64,000 bases of DNA from Chrysomallon squamiferum (GCA_012295275.1 CM022672.1:2170001-2234000); one strand, 5' to 3'; shown: positions 41,356 to 56,230, counted from the first letter of the stretch. Numbers and translations: made by a program. Notes: generated by a model from the letters alone, not told the origin.

Positions 41356-43549
41356 TGTTTGCTAATATATATATATATTTTTTAAATATCCTGAACATTA
41401 TGATTCCAGATTTAACTTTGTTTCTGAATTACTGTAAATTCAGAAACCGGATCTAACTGGAATAAGATAAAAAAGGCAGATATTGGTAGCAGTCTGTGAT
41501 AAACTTGTTTCCTGCAGTGGCTTGTTTTTGCTGATATCATCTTGTTGTGTGAACTATCCCAGTTTGCAATGAACCAAAGCCATTTTGCTTCCCTTATCAA
41601 GGCAAAACTATAACTGCATATTCTGAGACTTCAAATTCTCTTTCCAAAAAAGATTTTTTTTTTTAATTTTTTTTTAAAAGACATTTAATTAAATAAAATT
41701 TATAAAAAGGCTTGTAAATTTAAAAATGAATGTTCATTTTGTCTGATACAATACTAGTACTTGGTCTATTATATTCTAGGGAATACCGTTTGTCCTCAGC
41801 ATACTGGAAAAACAAAACTAAAGACTTGACATCATTTGAAAACAAGCAATTACTGTCTTATAATTCTACAATTAAAACGTAAATAAGGTACACAAATAAA
41901 AATGTATAATACTGTACTTCTCAAAGTATTAAACATTATAATTTGTATTTTGCATTTGGAGGTTTCTGATTGTGGAAGGATTCAAATTGAATCTAGATAT
42001 GTAGTTATATCTTTTATTCAACAAACATATTGGCCACCCATTACAGCTTTTGTCTGACGATCAAATGCACTGGATGTTACTATGATAAGCAATGATGCTA
42101 GATGATGGCAGAATTTGAACATGTGAAGTAACCTTTGCTCTGATTTGACTAAAAAGTGTCAAGAATTAATAACAGAGTGTTTGAAAGAAGAAAATGTAAA
42201 CAGAAAGATGTGTGTATCATCAGAGATGGATTGTTTTATTACTACACATACTTCATGCAGCTGCTACTACCATTCACGTCATGGTGGTGGGTGTTAAAAA
42301 AGAAAAAAGAAAAAGAAAATAAAAAAATATTAATTTCCAAATATCATATCTTAAGTGTGTCAGTAACTTACACATGAAGGATATCAAAAATGTTGGATCT
42401 TTTTTTTTTTTGAATCTAGATTGTTTAAAAAACAGACCTCAAAACAAAGCAAAATCAAAAAGTATTTTTCTTCTGAAAATATTTGACAGAAGAAAACTGC
42501 TTTCTTTTTTTTTTTTTTTTTTTTATTATTGTAATGGGACCACCTGTATTTTTTTTTTTCCTTATATATATAAAATGAAGAAGTATGTTTTGCCAGAAAT
42601 AGTCCATAAATCTGTAAATGGACTATACCTATTTGGATGTTTACATGTTTCTCCTTTATTTCTGCTCATGAAGAATATATTTTACAAGACGAAGATGTTT
42701 TCAGATCAGACTTGTTGCAACATGACCCTCACAATAATAATATGGATATTTTGTTTCTCATCTGAAGTGACATATTAATTGTTACTGATTTGTACAGAAC
42801 CAAAATGTGTTAAATTTTGTATAGATAGTTTAGTAAGTTATTCATGGAAATGAATGTTTGTGATGAAGTAAAATAACAGAAAGAAATATTAGAAGTAAAA
42901 AAAAAAGAAAAGAAACAAAAGAGAATGAATTTTGTGTATTTTTGTTAAATGTTATGAAATGTTGTTTTTGTGTTATGCTTGATAGTTTTGAGGTAAAAAA
43001 AAAAAAAAAAATGTTTTAATATCTTGTAAGTTTGAATCACCCTAAAAATTAAAAATTAGGTTTTAATCAGTTGGGATAATAAAAATTAATGCACTTTAAT
43101 GGCATAGTCTTACGAAATGTCATTTCTTTAAGTAAAAAAAAAAATTGAATATATTTAACTGTAGATCTCTACTGCTAAAAACTAGCTTCACAAAACAGAC
43201 ACCTATATAAAGGGCAGACCACTCTAAAACAAAAAATATTCAAAACGTAGTTAATAAGCACCACCTAATATGGCTAATTTTACAAGCACAATGTTCAACT
43301 TTATTAAAAAAAAAAAAAATATTTTATTTTTATTTTTGAATTTTATTTATGTAAGATACAAAATATTTCAAATAGCTTTAAAACACAGTTTACATTTCAC
43401 TTCTCTGAAATCTCCAGGAGCACACTGAGTTTGGAATTTTTAAATTTGCTAAATTTTCAAAAATAGTAAGCTGTAAATAAGATATACTATGGGAAAAGAA
43501 ATACTGAAGCTACATTAATGAAAGAAATAATTATTCTCTGTGCTGTATC

Positions 43550-43665
43550 TGATTAAAAACCATAGAGATAATAATCAGAAAGGAAACCTGATAGTCATTC
43601 AATGGGCTAATTTTTACTTGTTAGCAGGAAAGTGAATTTTATAATGCACCTTCTCACAAGCTAAT
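43550..43665 (-). mobile_element. Degraded SINE fragment, same family
   Basis: aaccatagagata...aggaaacctg...aatgggcta...ttagcagga...ttttataatgcaccttctcaca. Confidence 0.45.
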
Positions 43666-46600
43666 TACACAATTTATTTAACAGTCACATGACACTTTTT
43701 GTTAGATTAGAAAGCAGCCTAAAAGGAGTCCCAAAAATGATTAATTAAATAAACATCCAATAAGACATCTAATATATACACATTTTCTTAATTATCTATA
43801 ATCTACAAATGCAAATGTAATAATTTACACAATAACAAGATCAGCAACAACCACAATAATAATAATTTTTAAAATCTAAAGAAAAGAGAAAAAAGAAATT
43901 AAAAAGGAAAAACAAACAAGAGAAATAAATAAAAGCTTTGGAAAACTGAAAAATAAGATTATTATGCTGTATATAATTATTTTTGCTCTCAGAACAAGGA
44001 TCTTATTTGTTACTATTTTTATGCTATCAATCACATCTTCAAAATTTATTATGACAACTCTCCCCTAATCTGAAATTAAATGAGAACATGTTGAATTACT
44101 TCAAAAAATGACAATATGATTAAATTATATTTTTTTTCCTTCCAAAGTCTTTTTCTTTTTTTAACAAGAGACGATAAAAAAAAAAGAAATAAATAAAAAA
44201 AAAAAAAAAAAGAAAGAAGAAAAAAAACACCAAAGGAAAAAAAAAGATAAAAGAATGGAATCCCAAATGAGGTTTCAAATACAGTTTAAACTGCTTCATA
44301 ATGATCATTTTGTTTTGCTTTAATATCCGATAACAGAAAAAAAAAAACGAAAGAAAGAAAGAAAGAAAAAACAAACATGTAAAATGTTATTGTCAGTTTA
44401 CAGTTGTTTCTGTTTTGTGAATCTTTTTGCTGTGACACAATAAGAAACATTCAATTTGTTTTGGTTTTTTTATTATCTGAAAGGCTCGTTTTTTAAATTA
44501 TTTCTCTCTTTTTCATTTATTTATTTATTTTGACATTTGACATTTTTCTTTTCTTTTATTTTAAAATTATTTTACATATAAAAATCTCACTTTAGCATTA
44601 TTTAGAAAATACTTCATTTCTCACAATATTTTATTACTATTTTTAGAAAAAAGATTTAATTTCGGTTATTTTCTAGTTTTACACATTTGTTTGTGCATTA
44701 TTATTATAATTTTTATAGTTTACATTTATCTAAATATTATTTACAAAAATAAAATTTAATATTTTCGTTGATCATCACTGTAAACATTAATTTTCAATTT
44801 TTGCCCCATGCATCTCAAAACAAATGTTTGTTCAGTTAATATTACATTTCATGCTACTATTATAATATTTTCCATTTTTTTTTTTTCTTTTTTTTTTTGT
44901 TTATCTCAAATCCATTATTTACTTAAAAGATAAATTCTTATACTAATAAATAAATATTTCTAAGATTTCTGAAATCGAACATTGCTACAGACTGAATATA
45001 TAAAAAATACAGTAGAAATAAAAACAACATTTTTGATTTAAAAGAGTTATCTACCTTTAAATTATAATTCATTTGTAGATAATTTCTAAATAATTGTAAA
45101 TTCAAAAAACGTATAATTTCTTGCTTTACTTGTTTGTTATTTCTTAATAGTTTTTTTGAATATCAAAGATTACAAAAATTATATAATAACAATAACAATA
45201 ATAACAATAATAATAATAATAATAATAAAAATAATAATAAAATACTAATAATACAATAATAAAAATTATTATTATTATTATTATTTACTTTTTCTTCTTT
45301 TTTTTTCAAAATTTTTGTTTCAACGTAGATTATAAAGATTTCGGCAATTTTCGCCGTATGAAACGTCTTAGACTACCACAAAAGTAACTATTATGCAGTG
45401 CATGGGAGATAACTCTGTTTAAAGATTATATAATCTTAGTTATCCCGTCCCAAAAACGAACACTTTACTTTGTCCAATGGTAAGTATTTGATTTGATCAA
45501 TGAAAATCTCCTGTTTTTAATCATTTATACATTATCTTTGTGCAGGACCATCAAATTATACTTATGTGCATATCTTTATATTGTAAATATGTATTATAAT
45601 GTAAATATGATTATTATGTTGTACATTAATGTTATAAAAAACAAAAAAGTACATAATAGTACTAATAATAACAATAAATGATGCTAGCTTTTGTGTGACT
45701 AATAAATTGTTAAAAATTATTTGATTATTATTATTCTTGTTACTTTTTTGATATCATTTTGATTCTCTCAGATGTGAAACCATGATTCTATAAAATGCAA
45801 TAATTAAATGAGTTTTGTTTGTCTCATGGTAATCAAAGTAAACTGAATGGAATGGATAAAAAAAAAAGTCTGAATCTTTCTGCAGTCTCATGGAAGAAGC
45901 TGACAAGTTAGAATTTTTTGTGTTTAGAAACCATTACAAGAAGATACTGCTAAACTATATAAGTCTGAGTACCAGCGTTGCAATTTTAAAAATAAATTAG
46001 TTAAACGTCAGTCTTCATGCTCACTGCACACAGGGTTGCAGTTTTTGCTGATTAAAACTTTATTTCCTTGAAATTTATTACTTTCTGATGATATTACTTT
46101 CTGTGCTAAAATCCTGGATGTGTCTTTTGCTTTTCACAGATATAGCCAAAGTTTTTTGGGTCACACAGACGCACACATACACACACATATACACAGATGC
46201 ACAAACACACACACACACACACGTGTGGGTGTATATGCACATGTTTATGTTAGTCATTTTCTCAATATTTTACTTGGTTCATCTTCTGAATAAAAAATAA
46301 ATACATAAATAAATAAAAAATTATATTGTTTTAAATATCATTTTTAAAACTTATTTCTTCCATTTTTATTCATTTTGAGATACACAATTTATCCAATGAA
46401 TAAATAAACACACAAATAGAGAACAAATATTTTCATTACTTTTACTTTTTCAGGTTCTTCTAGTGTCCAACAGCTTTAATGAAACATACCTCACAGATTA
46501 AATATAATCCTGAATAAACAAAAAAGATCTTTATATTTTATTTGTACCAAAAACTAAACATTTTAGAGACAAAGCTATTTCTAACTCCATGAGTCATAAT

Positions 46601-49600
46601 CAAAATCAGTAATACAATTCAACTATCCCTTTTCCAAAATCTTTGATAGACTAAATAGATTATATGGTTTATTTGTAAGGACTGCTTTAAATAAAACTTA
46701 TAACATTTTCTTGTACATAATTTTCTAATATGCAAGTCATGTTATACACACACACACAGACACACAGAGACACACCCAGACAGACACAAGAAGAAGAAAA
46801 GAAAAAAGAAAAATAGTGTGGATAATGGATAACTGATCTGAATAACTTTACTGAGTCAGGCTGTGCACACAACTGAATGTTGTGTTTGTTAAATTTGAAC
46901 AAGATTGTAGAGAAAAGTAATGACCAGGCTTATAATAACACAAAATGTGATAACTCATATTTGTTGTGTTAGAGAATATTATGGCTGGTAATGTTAATGT
47001 TGTATAAAACTAGTTATTAATTGCTTGGGAGAATTAAAAACATTATGATGTTTTAATGATACACTGTCTACTGTGTTTTGTGCACATTTAGGCAGTGAAA
47101 ACATTTAAAAAGACATACAAGCCAAAATTTATATAAAAAATTAAATGATAAAACAATTATTTGAAAACAGCTTTAAAAAATCACACTATCTTAAGACAAA
47201 AGTGATTTCAAAAGATCATACTACCTTAGTTAAAAACAAGAAAAAGAAAATAAGAAGCCTGTCTTGAAAGTCATTTTATTTTAATACAAAATCAGTTTAA
47301 TAATTCAGAACTTTTGCCCATTTTACTTTCAGTATCAAACATTTATATTTAGTGACTGGTTTAAAATGTGGACACTATAATATTGTTTAAAAGTGCATGT
47401 CTTAAGAAAATATGCTTACAATCATGAAGTAAAAATTCTGCATTCATTGTTTGACAAATCTATATAGAGATTACTTTACATCAGAAAAAAAAATCTTGTC
47501 TGCATATTTATTTCATTTTGGGTTGTTTTGTTGTTGTTGTTTTTTGTGGGTTTCTTTTTTTCTTTTCTCTTTCCCTTTTCTTTTTTCTTTTTCTTTTTTC
47601 TTTTTCTTTTTTTTTCTTTTTTTTTTTCTAAATTGGTTTCAGTTATATTTAGTAACAGCACAAATTTTATTTACCAGACTGTTTGCTTTTGTTACAGGTT
47701 TAAGCACAGTAATGATAAATATATTATATGCATATATATATATATACTGATGTCATTACTTTGAGCAACACTTGTTTTCATTGGCTGAGAGAGCAAACTA
47801 TTAATTTAAAACTTGTTAAATACTACATATTTTTTAATTGGTTGAAAGTACTACAAGCTATATATCTTTCATTGGCTATATCACTTTTGCCACTGTTAGC
47901 TTTCTATGACAATATAAAAAACAACTTACATATATAAGCACACAAATATTTTTCAGTCTTCTTAACAAAATGAACACTCTGACAATTAAAATATTTATTT
48001 TGATACTTTCAGCGAAGACAATCTATGAATATTTATTAATATGTAAAAAATTAATATAAATTTAAAATCCTCTATAGTGATTTATGAAGGGACAGTATTT
48101 GTTGTTTTCAGTATGAATATTCAGCTGTGAATTATATTTAATTTAACCATATTTTATAATCAGAAAAGGAAGCCAGATTGGCTGTGATGTTGTATTTGTT
48201 GGCCACAAACAGCTCTGTAAGGAACACACAGTATAGTTTATTATTATAGTTACTGTCAGATCATAGCCAGAATTTCATGCATGGTTAAAGTTTGATCACA
48301 TGGATACAGTTACAATCTTATTAAAGTATTTATTATGACAAGGAGCAATGTACACGTATATCCAGTAATAACATCATGATCATGTTGTTTAAGAAAGAGA
48401 AATAAATTGTTCAAACATAGTAAGAACGTGTTCCTTAAATATCATCTTTATTATGTTACGTGCATCTGGGAATTGTGGTTTCGTACATATTAAATGTTTA
48501 CAAATGATGGATTATTCAATTTAAAATTGCAGTTTTGCAGGTTTTACACTTGAAATGCATAGTTAGTGTAACTCAAAGGTTTATTTATAATGATGGATTA
48601 TACAGTCTGAGAAGTCAATTTTACAATTTTTGCACTTAAAATTAATAGTTAGTGTAAATCGTAACAGAATTTAAAATGACATTTATGTGAACTGACATTT
48701 TGGCTGTGCTCAAAGACTGTTACAAGGTGAATAATGTTATACTACAGATATACAGAGGTGCTGTCATACGAGATAATTCGGCTAAAACTACATGTCCTAA
48801 CAGACGGTACATTGTCATTCTAATGTCAAAACCTTTATAAACCTTCATGATGTATGCTGCATGATGATACTTTGCACCACTATTGTCTTGGCTGATTAAA
48901 CTCATTCGTCAGGTTACATAACTTCAGACTTTGTATGATGTATTGTTATTTAATCTTCGTCTGGTAACACTACCTTTGCAGGCCTTGTCCTTTTCTGATC
49001 ACACCTATATTTATAATTTCATCTCGATACATTTTTTATACGTCCATCTTGAATGATATCACCTTTCTGTTTGAAATGAAATATCAGATGGTATATATGA
49101 CTACTGTGTTGCATTATGGAACATTAATACATCTTTGTCTTAATTAATCATAATACAGTATATTGTCATTGTGTAACATTATCTTTATCCCTGGTAAAAT
49201 ATTGTTACTTATCCTCTAATAATAACAAAGCAATTAAACCACATTTAAAAAAGCTCAACCACATTCAAAAAAGCTCTTGGATTTATTAAGCAATGAATAA
49301 TGAAATTATTTTCCTGATCTATTCCATTTTTTTAATGATTTTCTTTTCCTTTCATTTTTGTATGATTGTAAAATTATGTATTAAACACTAATTATATTTA
49401 AATTCACCCTACCAAGCCTATCACATTTAATACAATACATGGCCATAACTACACTGAGACAAATGAGGCAAATCCCTCATACTGAAACTGATGAAATATA
49501 AATCTGCATTCCAATATTCATTTACGTCTACAGTTATGGTTTGAAGTCTACTGACATTGCTGCAGTGAAAGACATGACTGACTTCAATGACATCAGCTTT

Positions 49601-52534
49601 TGCCTCATTTCAAGAAGACTCTAGTTACAGCCATGCAGTACTAACCACTAGTTTACAAAAGATTAAATGGTAATATGATTTGACTTTTTAAATGTTAAAT
49701 ACAGTGTGAGGACATTAACTAAAATTTGTGTTTGCAGTATGATTGGGTCATGGTCAAAAGCAAGGAATATATAGAATAAATCCAAATTTGTCACTAAGAT
49801 TATCATTTATGTCAGAACAAAATAATTATATTGTACAAGTGAAACTCTGTTTTAAATTAACTCTTAACTAAAGAAAGGAATATAAATTTATATGTAATTT
49901 AATATTTGATATCAGTATCAGTAACACAAAACCAGAGTATCCTTGGCTGTAACTAAGACCTGATACTGTTGAATAGCTGCATATTTATTTTAAAAATCTG
50001 AAAGACTAATAGCTTCAGTAGCTGGAAGAGCAGCAGAATGATTTTATTTTTGTAGCTTGTTTGTTTGGTCCTGAACTTTTTGTGATTAGTATAGTTAAAC
50101 AAGTAAATCGTGAACAGTCCTTCCTTCACATTTAAAAGAATTATTTTAATATAAAAGTTTATACTTCAATATTATTTAATCAATAGGTCGTACAATACCT
50201 AGTTGACAGATGGGGACTGTATACTTCTGTAGGTGTGTAAATGTTTGTCTATAAACCCACCCAAACCACATCCACATATGTACACACTGCACACACACAT
50301 TTGATACAGTTTTTTTATACAGGAAAAGAAAATCTTGGTGTTGTTCTAGCAATAAAAACGAAACAAATTCAGCACTTTCTAATTTTGTTTTAATTGATAT
50401 CTGAACAATAATTTTCCATCTCTACTGAGAACATGACAACCTACTTATATGTTTCAGTATTTACATCAAAACAGGTCAACATATAATACTAATACTGTTT
50501 ACAAGTTGAATCTGCAAGACAAATCTGTCCATTTGTAAACTGCTTTTATACATATGTTTGACAATTATAAAAAATTGTAAATTAATTTTCACTTCATGTA
50601 AGTAACTGTTGTAATAAGATTGTTATTATTTACTGAATGTAAAATAATGTAAAACAATGCTTGAAATACACTCAAACATTCAAATAACAATTGTGTTTTA
50701 GTTGTTATTTTACGGTACAATGTAAGCTCTACCTTTGGTGAAGAAATATTCTGAATGTGTTCTGCATACTTCTTTATAAGTTAAATTCTATCTGATTTTA
50801 ATTAATAATGAAGGCTAACAACAAATAAATACAGTTACAAAATATCTGGGCACCGACATTTTCCCACAGTCATAGTATCATTGCATATATGGTGGGCCAA
50901 TCTGTCTAGCACTGGTCAAACAAAATACAGCCACCAGTTCAAACTACACACAATAATGTAATGTCTTAAAAGGGTAGTGTGGCAGTGTTTAAAAGTGTTA
51001 TAACAGTATTACTTTATTGTCAGAATTTGTTACTAATGATCAGAGGTAACTGAAATCAAATAAATGAACTTGTTATAAGTTTAAAGACATTCTTAAGATG
51101 ACTCATTTATACAACTGCAGGTACACTTTGATGTAAATAATATCATTCACAAGAAATGTATTATTAATTCATGGTTCATGGTTATATCTTCATCTTTACT
51201 TGATAACAATTGTTATAAATTCAACTTTAACTGACGACAATAGTTAGAGTTAACTGATAACAGCTATGTTATAAAATCAACTTTTCAAGGATAATAAATA
51301 CATTTTAACATGATAATTTCACCAAACTGTTTGGTTTAACGAAAAAAAAAATAAAAAAAAACGAAAATTATTATTCACATTTCATGATTATCAGAAAAAT
51401 AATGTCAGCTTAATATTCATAAAGCAAAACATTCTTCGATACCACTTAAATTTACATTTATAATTAAATGTATGTCAAAACATTTTAATACCCAAATACT
51501 ACAATTAGTGGATTATGTAACATTCTTAGTGCAGTATATATTCTTTGATACCAACATGTTTATTTCATATTATAATTTAATATTTATTTGTAGAAAATAA
51601 AACAGTCTTAAAACATTGATTATTTTGTGTAACGTTCTTAGTGCAATATCACTTTTTTTTTTACTACAAGGTAATTTCACACCCTGATTTCACATTTATG
51701 ACTTAATGGATATTAAATACTTAACTTATGATTTGTAGGTTTATAGGTCATAATAATTTATCAGTGACATAACACATTTATTATTTTATTACGACATTCT
51801 TAGAGCAATATTAAGTACTTTCTTTCAAATGAGTTAATTTTGCAATATAATTTCACATTTATAACTTAACTGACATTAAATACTTTCAGAACATGATTTG
51901 TAGGAGTAATCAGTGGTTTGTACATTATTACTCAGTGTCTATAGTTGGCAATACCCTGTCTGAATGCAATAAATTGTTGAAATACATCTTTCAGTTTGCT
52001 ATCATTATTTTTACTTTTTATTCTACATTATTTAACTTTTTTTTTTTATCAGTATTTTAGTTTTTGGTCTTTGTTATTATCTTTTCTATTTGTTATCAAT
52101 ATTTTATTTGTGTTCTATGTTATTATTACCTATTTGTTATCAAGTTATGCTTCTTTTATCAGTTGATTTTATTCTTTAAATTAAAAATATATATCTATCG
52201 CATTCATAGTACTTCTCCTAATCTCAAACAATTTCCAGGTTACAGAATAAGAAAATTATGCATATCAATCCATTCTGAGTAAAACAAGATCATATATTCA
52301 TATAATTCTAAAATCTATTTCTAACTAAAGCATCAATCACCGGTTATATCAATTATTGTATAAACCAACACCACAGTAATATTTATGAGTAAAACCATGA
52401 ATGACTTAGAATCATAATGGCTCAACTGACAGCACTATTTGAAAGAAATTCTATTGTATATCTAATTATACTAACAATACAACTTTAATCTGTGTTGCAT
52501 GCCATCATACATACAGCTCAGAACTACATATACA

Positions 52535-52665
52535 TAACAAGAGACAGAACCAATTGCCATTTATGATGGTCTACACTTTATCAATTAGCAATAAGGAATC
52601 TTTTTAATGTACATTCCCAAAGACAGAAAATCTGTAATGAGACACTGGGTGATACAGGAAATATC
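52535..52665 (-). mobile_element. Highly degraded SINE fragment, same family
   Basis: aattagcaataaggaatctttttaatgtacattcccaaagacag resembles the family core. Confidence 0.4.
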
Positions 52666-52949
52666 CATATTAAATATAATTATTCCAGTAAAGATACTTA
52701 TGCTGATACAGGAAATATTCTTATTAAATATTAGTGTTGCTCATTTTTTATACATAACAAATTCATATAGTTATATTAATCCTGTAAGGCACTGATGTTG
52801 CATTTAAATGTTTTAATCATCACTGCCATATGTTAAGTCATTACTGCCAAATGTCTGATGTCCACTGAAGATCCACTGTGCAATGCAGATGTTCTGGATT
52901 ACACATGCTTCAAGGACTCTGGGAAATTGGTGTGTAAAGTGAAGTAGAG

Positions 52950-53480
52950 GAATATGAATTGGTCAAAAGAAGTATGACATCATTCAGCTATACTTAAGAT
53001 AAATTACTGCTTCAGGGGATTTGGTATCTGTATCAGCCAGCCATCTTCTTTGAGCTAGTTCAGTTACTTGTATCAGCCATGGATATGTGTGAAGTTGATC
53101 AGGGCAAGTAATGTTGCTTTAAAGAGGTCTATGACATCACTTGACTTTACTGAAAATAATTACAGCTTCAGGGAATCTGTGTTCCATACAAAAGCTGATC
53201 AGTTACTTCAGTTACCATAAACATCATCCAAGAAAAAAGGTTAAAGTGAAGATGAGCAAAGTAAACTGAGCAAAAAAATCTAACATTACTCAACTGTAAG
53301 AAAAATAATTGTAGCTTCAGGGAATGTGTGAAATACGTACCCTGTACATTCAGCTGCTGCAATATGGATCAAAAATGTGAAGCAAAAAATACAGTGTTAA
53401 GGTGAAAATGAGCCACAAAGGTGGCTTATTGGAATATGGCAGCCTGTGACATCACTATCAAATAATTAAAATAATTACTG
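52950..53480. repeat. Degenerate tandem repeat, ~150-160-bp unit, ~3.5 copies
   Basis: GCTTCAGGG near 53009, 53165 and 53314. TGACATCA and GTGAA.ATGAGC motifs recur at similar spacing. Confidence 0.7.
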
Positions 53481-54599
53481 TGCCTTACAGCAATACCAGA
53501 TATTTAGAAAAACTGACACCATCCTTTGACTTTCTTTGATATATATACACACATGTAAAGTCAGTTAATATAATTATGAAGTTATGAATTTTTTTCTTTT
53601 TTATTAAGAAAACTGGTCTTAAGAAAGAAGTGATACTGCATATGAGGAGAGGCATCTCCATTACCTTAAATGGTTTTATTCATCAACATATTTTTAATAA
53701 TTTTTGATTTTACATTTCAGACAAATTTTATAACAGTATTTAGTATATGTCAGTTATATAAGATTTACAAAGATAATAGACGTGAAAAACAAAATCCACT
53801 GTACACACACACACACACACCATCTGATGACTGTGCCTATCAAAGACAGCAAGTAAAGTAAATTGCACAGTGAAGTCCAGTAAGAACAAATGAACCCTGT
53901 CACCCATAATGTATCATCCCAAGATCCTAAAAATTAAAATTTAAACTATTTTTTTTTTTTTTTTTTTTTTTATATCTACTTGGCAAGCTACCTAGAAATC
54001 TCTATGTTTATAATAATCATGGTATCTAACATCATTCAGAATAACATAAAATGAATGATATATTTCCAAAACCCATTCTTAACTAACATTCTTCATCACC
54101 AGTCATATTGTAATATATTTGACTAAACAAATCCATTAAGCATTTTGATAATCTCGTTAACACCAAACTTTGTCCTATCTTGAAGTGACCTAACTTAGCT
54201 ATGTGAATTCTGGCTGAATTTTCCACCAGAAACAGTTTACTATTTATGAATTTTATCTAGCAGATCATTTTTCATTACTGTCCTCAATAGGTTACATATT
54301 CTTTGATATTAATATCATCATAATGATCCTATTTCTATATACAGTTACATTCTCTAATATAATATCAACATAAAACTGAACTGCACATTACATTCTTTTA
54401 TAATACTTTTAACATCCTTGGAATACTGCATTTGAAAGTGATATCGATATAATGCCCATAGTATATAATATAAAATATATAATATGCTCTTTTTTCTTTG
54501 ATGAGTCCATTGATCCTTCTTCTTTGACATTTCTATCCACATAATCATACATTAAACATATATATTATTATTACCAGAGTATTTTTAGTGCATCATACC

Positions 54600-55600
54600 A
54601 TAATTTTGATATGTATGTCATGATGGAAAATTATAAAGTGAAAGGCACTTTTTGATATCTCTGTCAATACATTTCTTCATCACATGTTCTTTGATATCTA
54701 CATCTTATGACAACATTCTTGGTTCAAAGCACTTTTTGATATTTTCATTAGTTTAAATCCTAATATTCTTAGAATAAGGCACTTTTTAATATTTATATTA
54801 CTAATTATGCATATAGGTATTTTTTAAATTCAATATTAAATATGATATTCTTAATTTACAAAACAAACTGAAATTTGTCTCAGCACACATATTATTAACT
54901 CTATTTACCCTGTGTTCTTTCATTTGGCTGTCAATATGATATTTTTATAGTGTTAAGCACATTTTAATATTTATATAAATACTATGTTAATTCTGCATAT
55001 ACAGTGTTTGATATCAATATGATGTACATGACATTCTTAATTCTAGTTAGTTTTTGATATTTATGTATTGAGTATTGATTCTGTTTACCCTGTATATTTT
55101 TTTCATATGTTTGATATTTTTAGTGTAAGGCATTTTTCAGTATTTATATAAATACTATGTTAATTCTGCATATATAGTTTTTGATATCAATATGATGTAT
55201 ATTCTTAAATCAAGGCACTTTTTCATATTTATATCAGCATACAATTATTAATGTTTATTGTGTCAATATTCCTTCATTCTTGTCAATATTATACTCTTAG
55301 TGTAAGGCACTTTTGTAATATTTGTATCAGTTATATGATAATTCTGCATGCATACTCTGTGGTGATAATAAAACATTCGTTGCATGAAGCATTTCTTGAT
55401 ATCAATATCATACCAGCATATATATATTCTTTGATAATTATACTGAGGTAATATTCTTAGTTGAGGCACTTTTTGAATTAACATAAAATCATGCATACAT
55501 TCTTTGATAAGTATATGAGGTAATGTTCTTAGCTTAAGGCATATTAATATGAAATTGATTTTGAATCTGCATGCATATGGTTTGATATGTATATGGATAC
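54600..55600. repeat. Degenerate AT-rich tandem repeat downstream of the oxidase stop codon
   Basis: About nine AAGGCACTTTTT-like motifs, often preceded by ATTCTTAG and followed by ATTCTGCAT/GATATCAATAT. Confidence 0.7.
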
Positions 55601-55680
55601 GACATTCATAGCTTTAGGACCTTTTCCTTTGTCATATTTCTGTTCTTGAAAATGTAGTTGGTATCTGAGTTAGAACTGAA

Positions 55681-55800
55681 CTATTTGCTGTAAATATCTA
55701 GTATAGTTCTTGCAGCATCCTCCCCATTCTCAAGAGCCCCATGGGCTGCTGAGTAATGATGCTGACTGTAGGCTTCGCCGGCAAATAACAGAACTGGATC
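55681..55800 (-). CDS. Polyamine oxidase exon 6 (C-terminal FAD-binding motif; not in the supplied ORF track)
   Basis: Acceptor tttttcccAG|. Hand translation gives [42 protein letters not shown]. Confidence 0.9.
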   Translation of the reverse strand, partial: DPVLLFAGEAYSQHHYSAAHGALENGEDAARTILDIYSK

Positions 55801-56199
55801 CTGGGAAAAAAACAACAAAAAAAATATTTGTCATTCAAAACAGAATTGGATCATGTAAACAAAACTGGATTGTGATAAATAAAACAAATGACTGTGAAAA
55901 ACAGACCTAGATCATAGAAAGTAAGATTTGATTTAGTAATGCAATAACTGGATCTTGAAAATTATTTAAATTGGATAATAAAGTGCAAAACAAAATCTTG
56001 TAATAAAGAACTGGATTGTTTAAAACAGACTGGAACTGATATGACTGAATATATACATATTCTTTAAAACAGATTTGTATTATGTAAAACACAACTAAAT
56101 AATAAACAACAGTATTGGATAATTTTGCTAACAAATAAAAAGAAGGAAACAAAAAGTGTTGGTCTTTAAGACACAAGAAATATAATCTTTGAAAATCAC

Positions 56200-56230
<31 letters not shown>

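Noticed and set aside
40893-55680. Functional link between the GPCR and the polyamine oxidase as a gene system
   Set aside because: Convergent neighbours ~14.8 kb apart in an animal genome imply nothing without conserved synteny or co-expression data.
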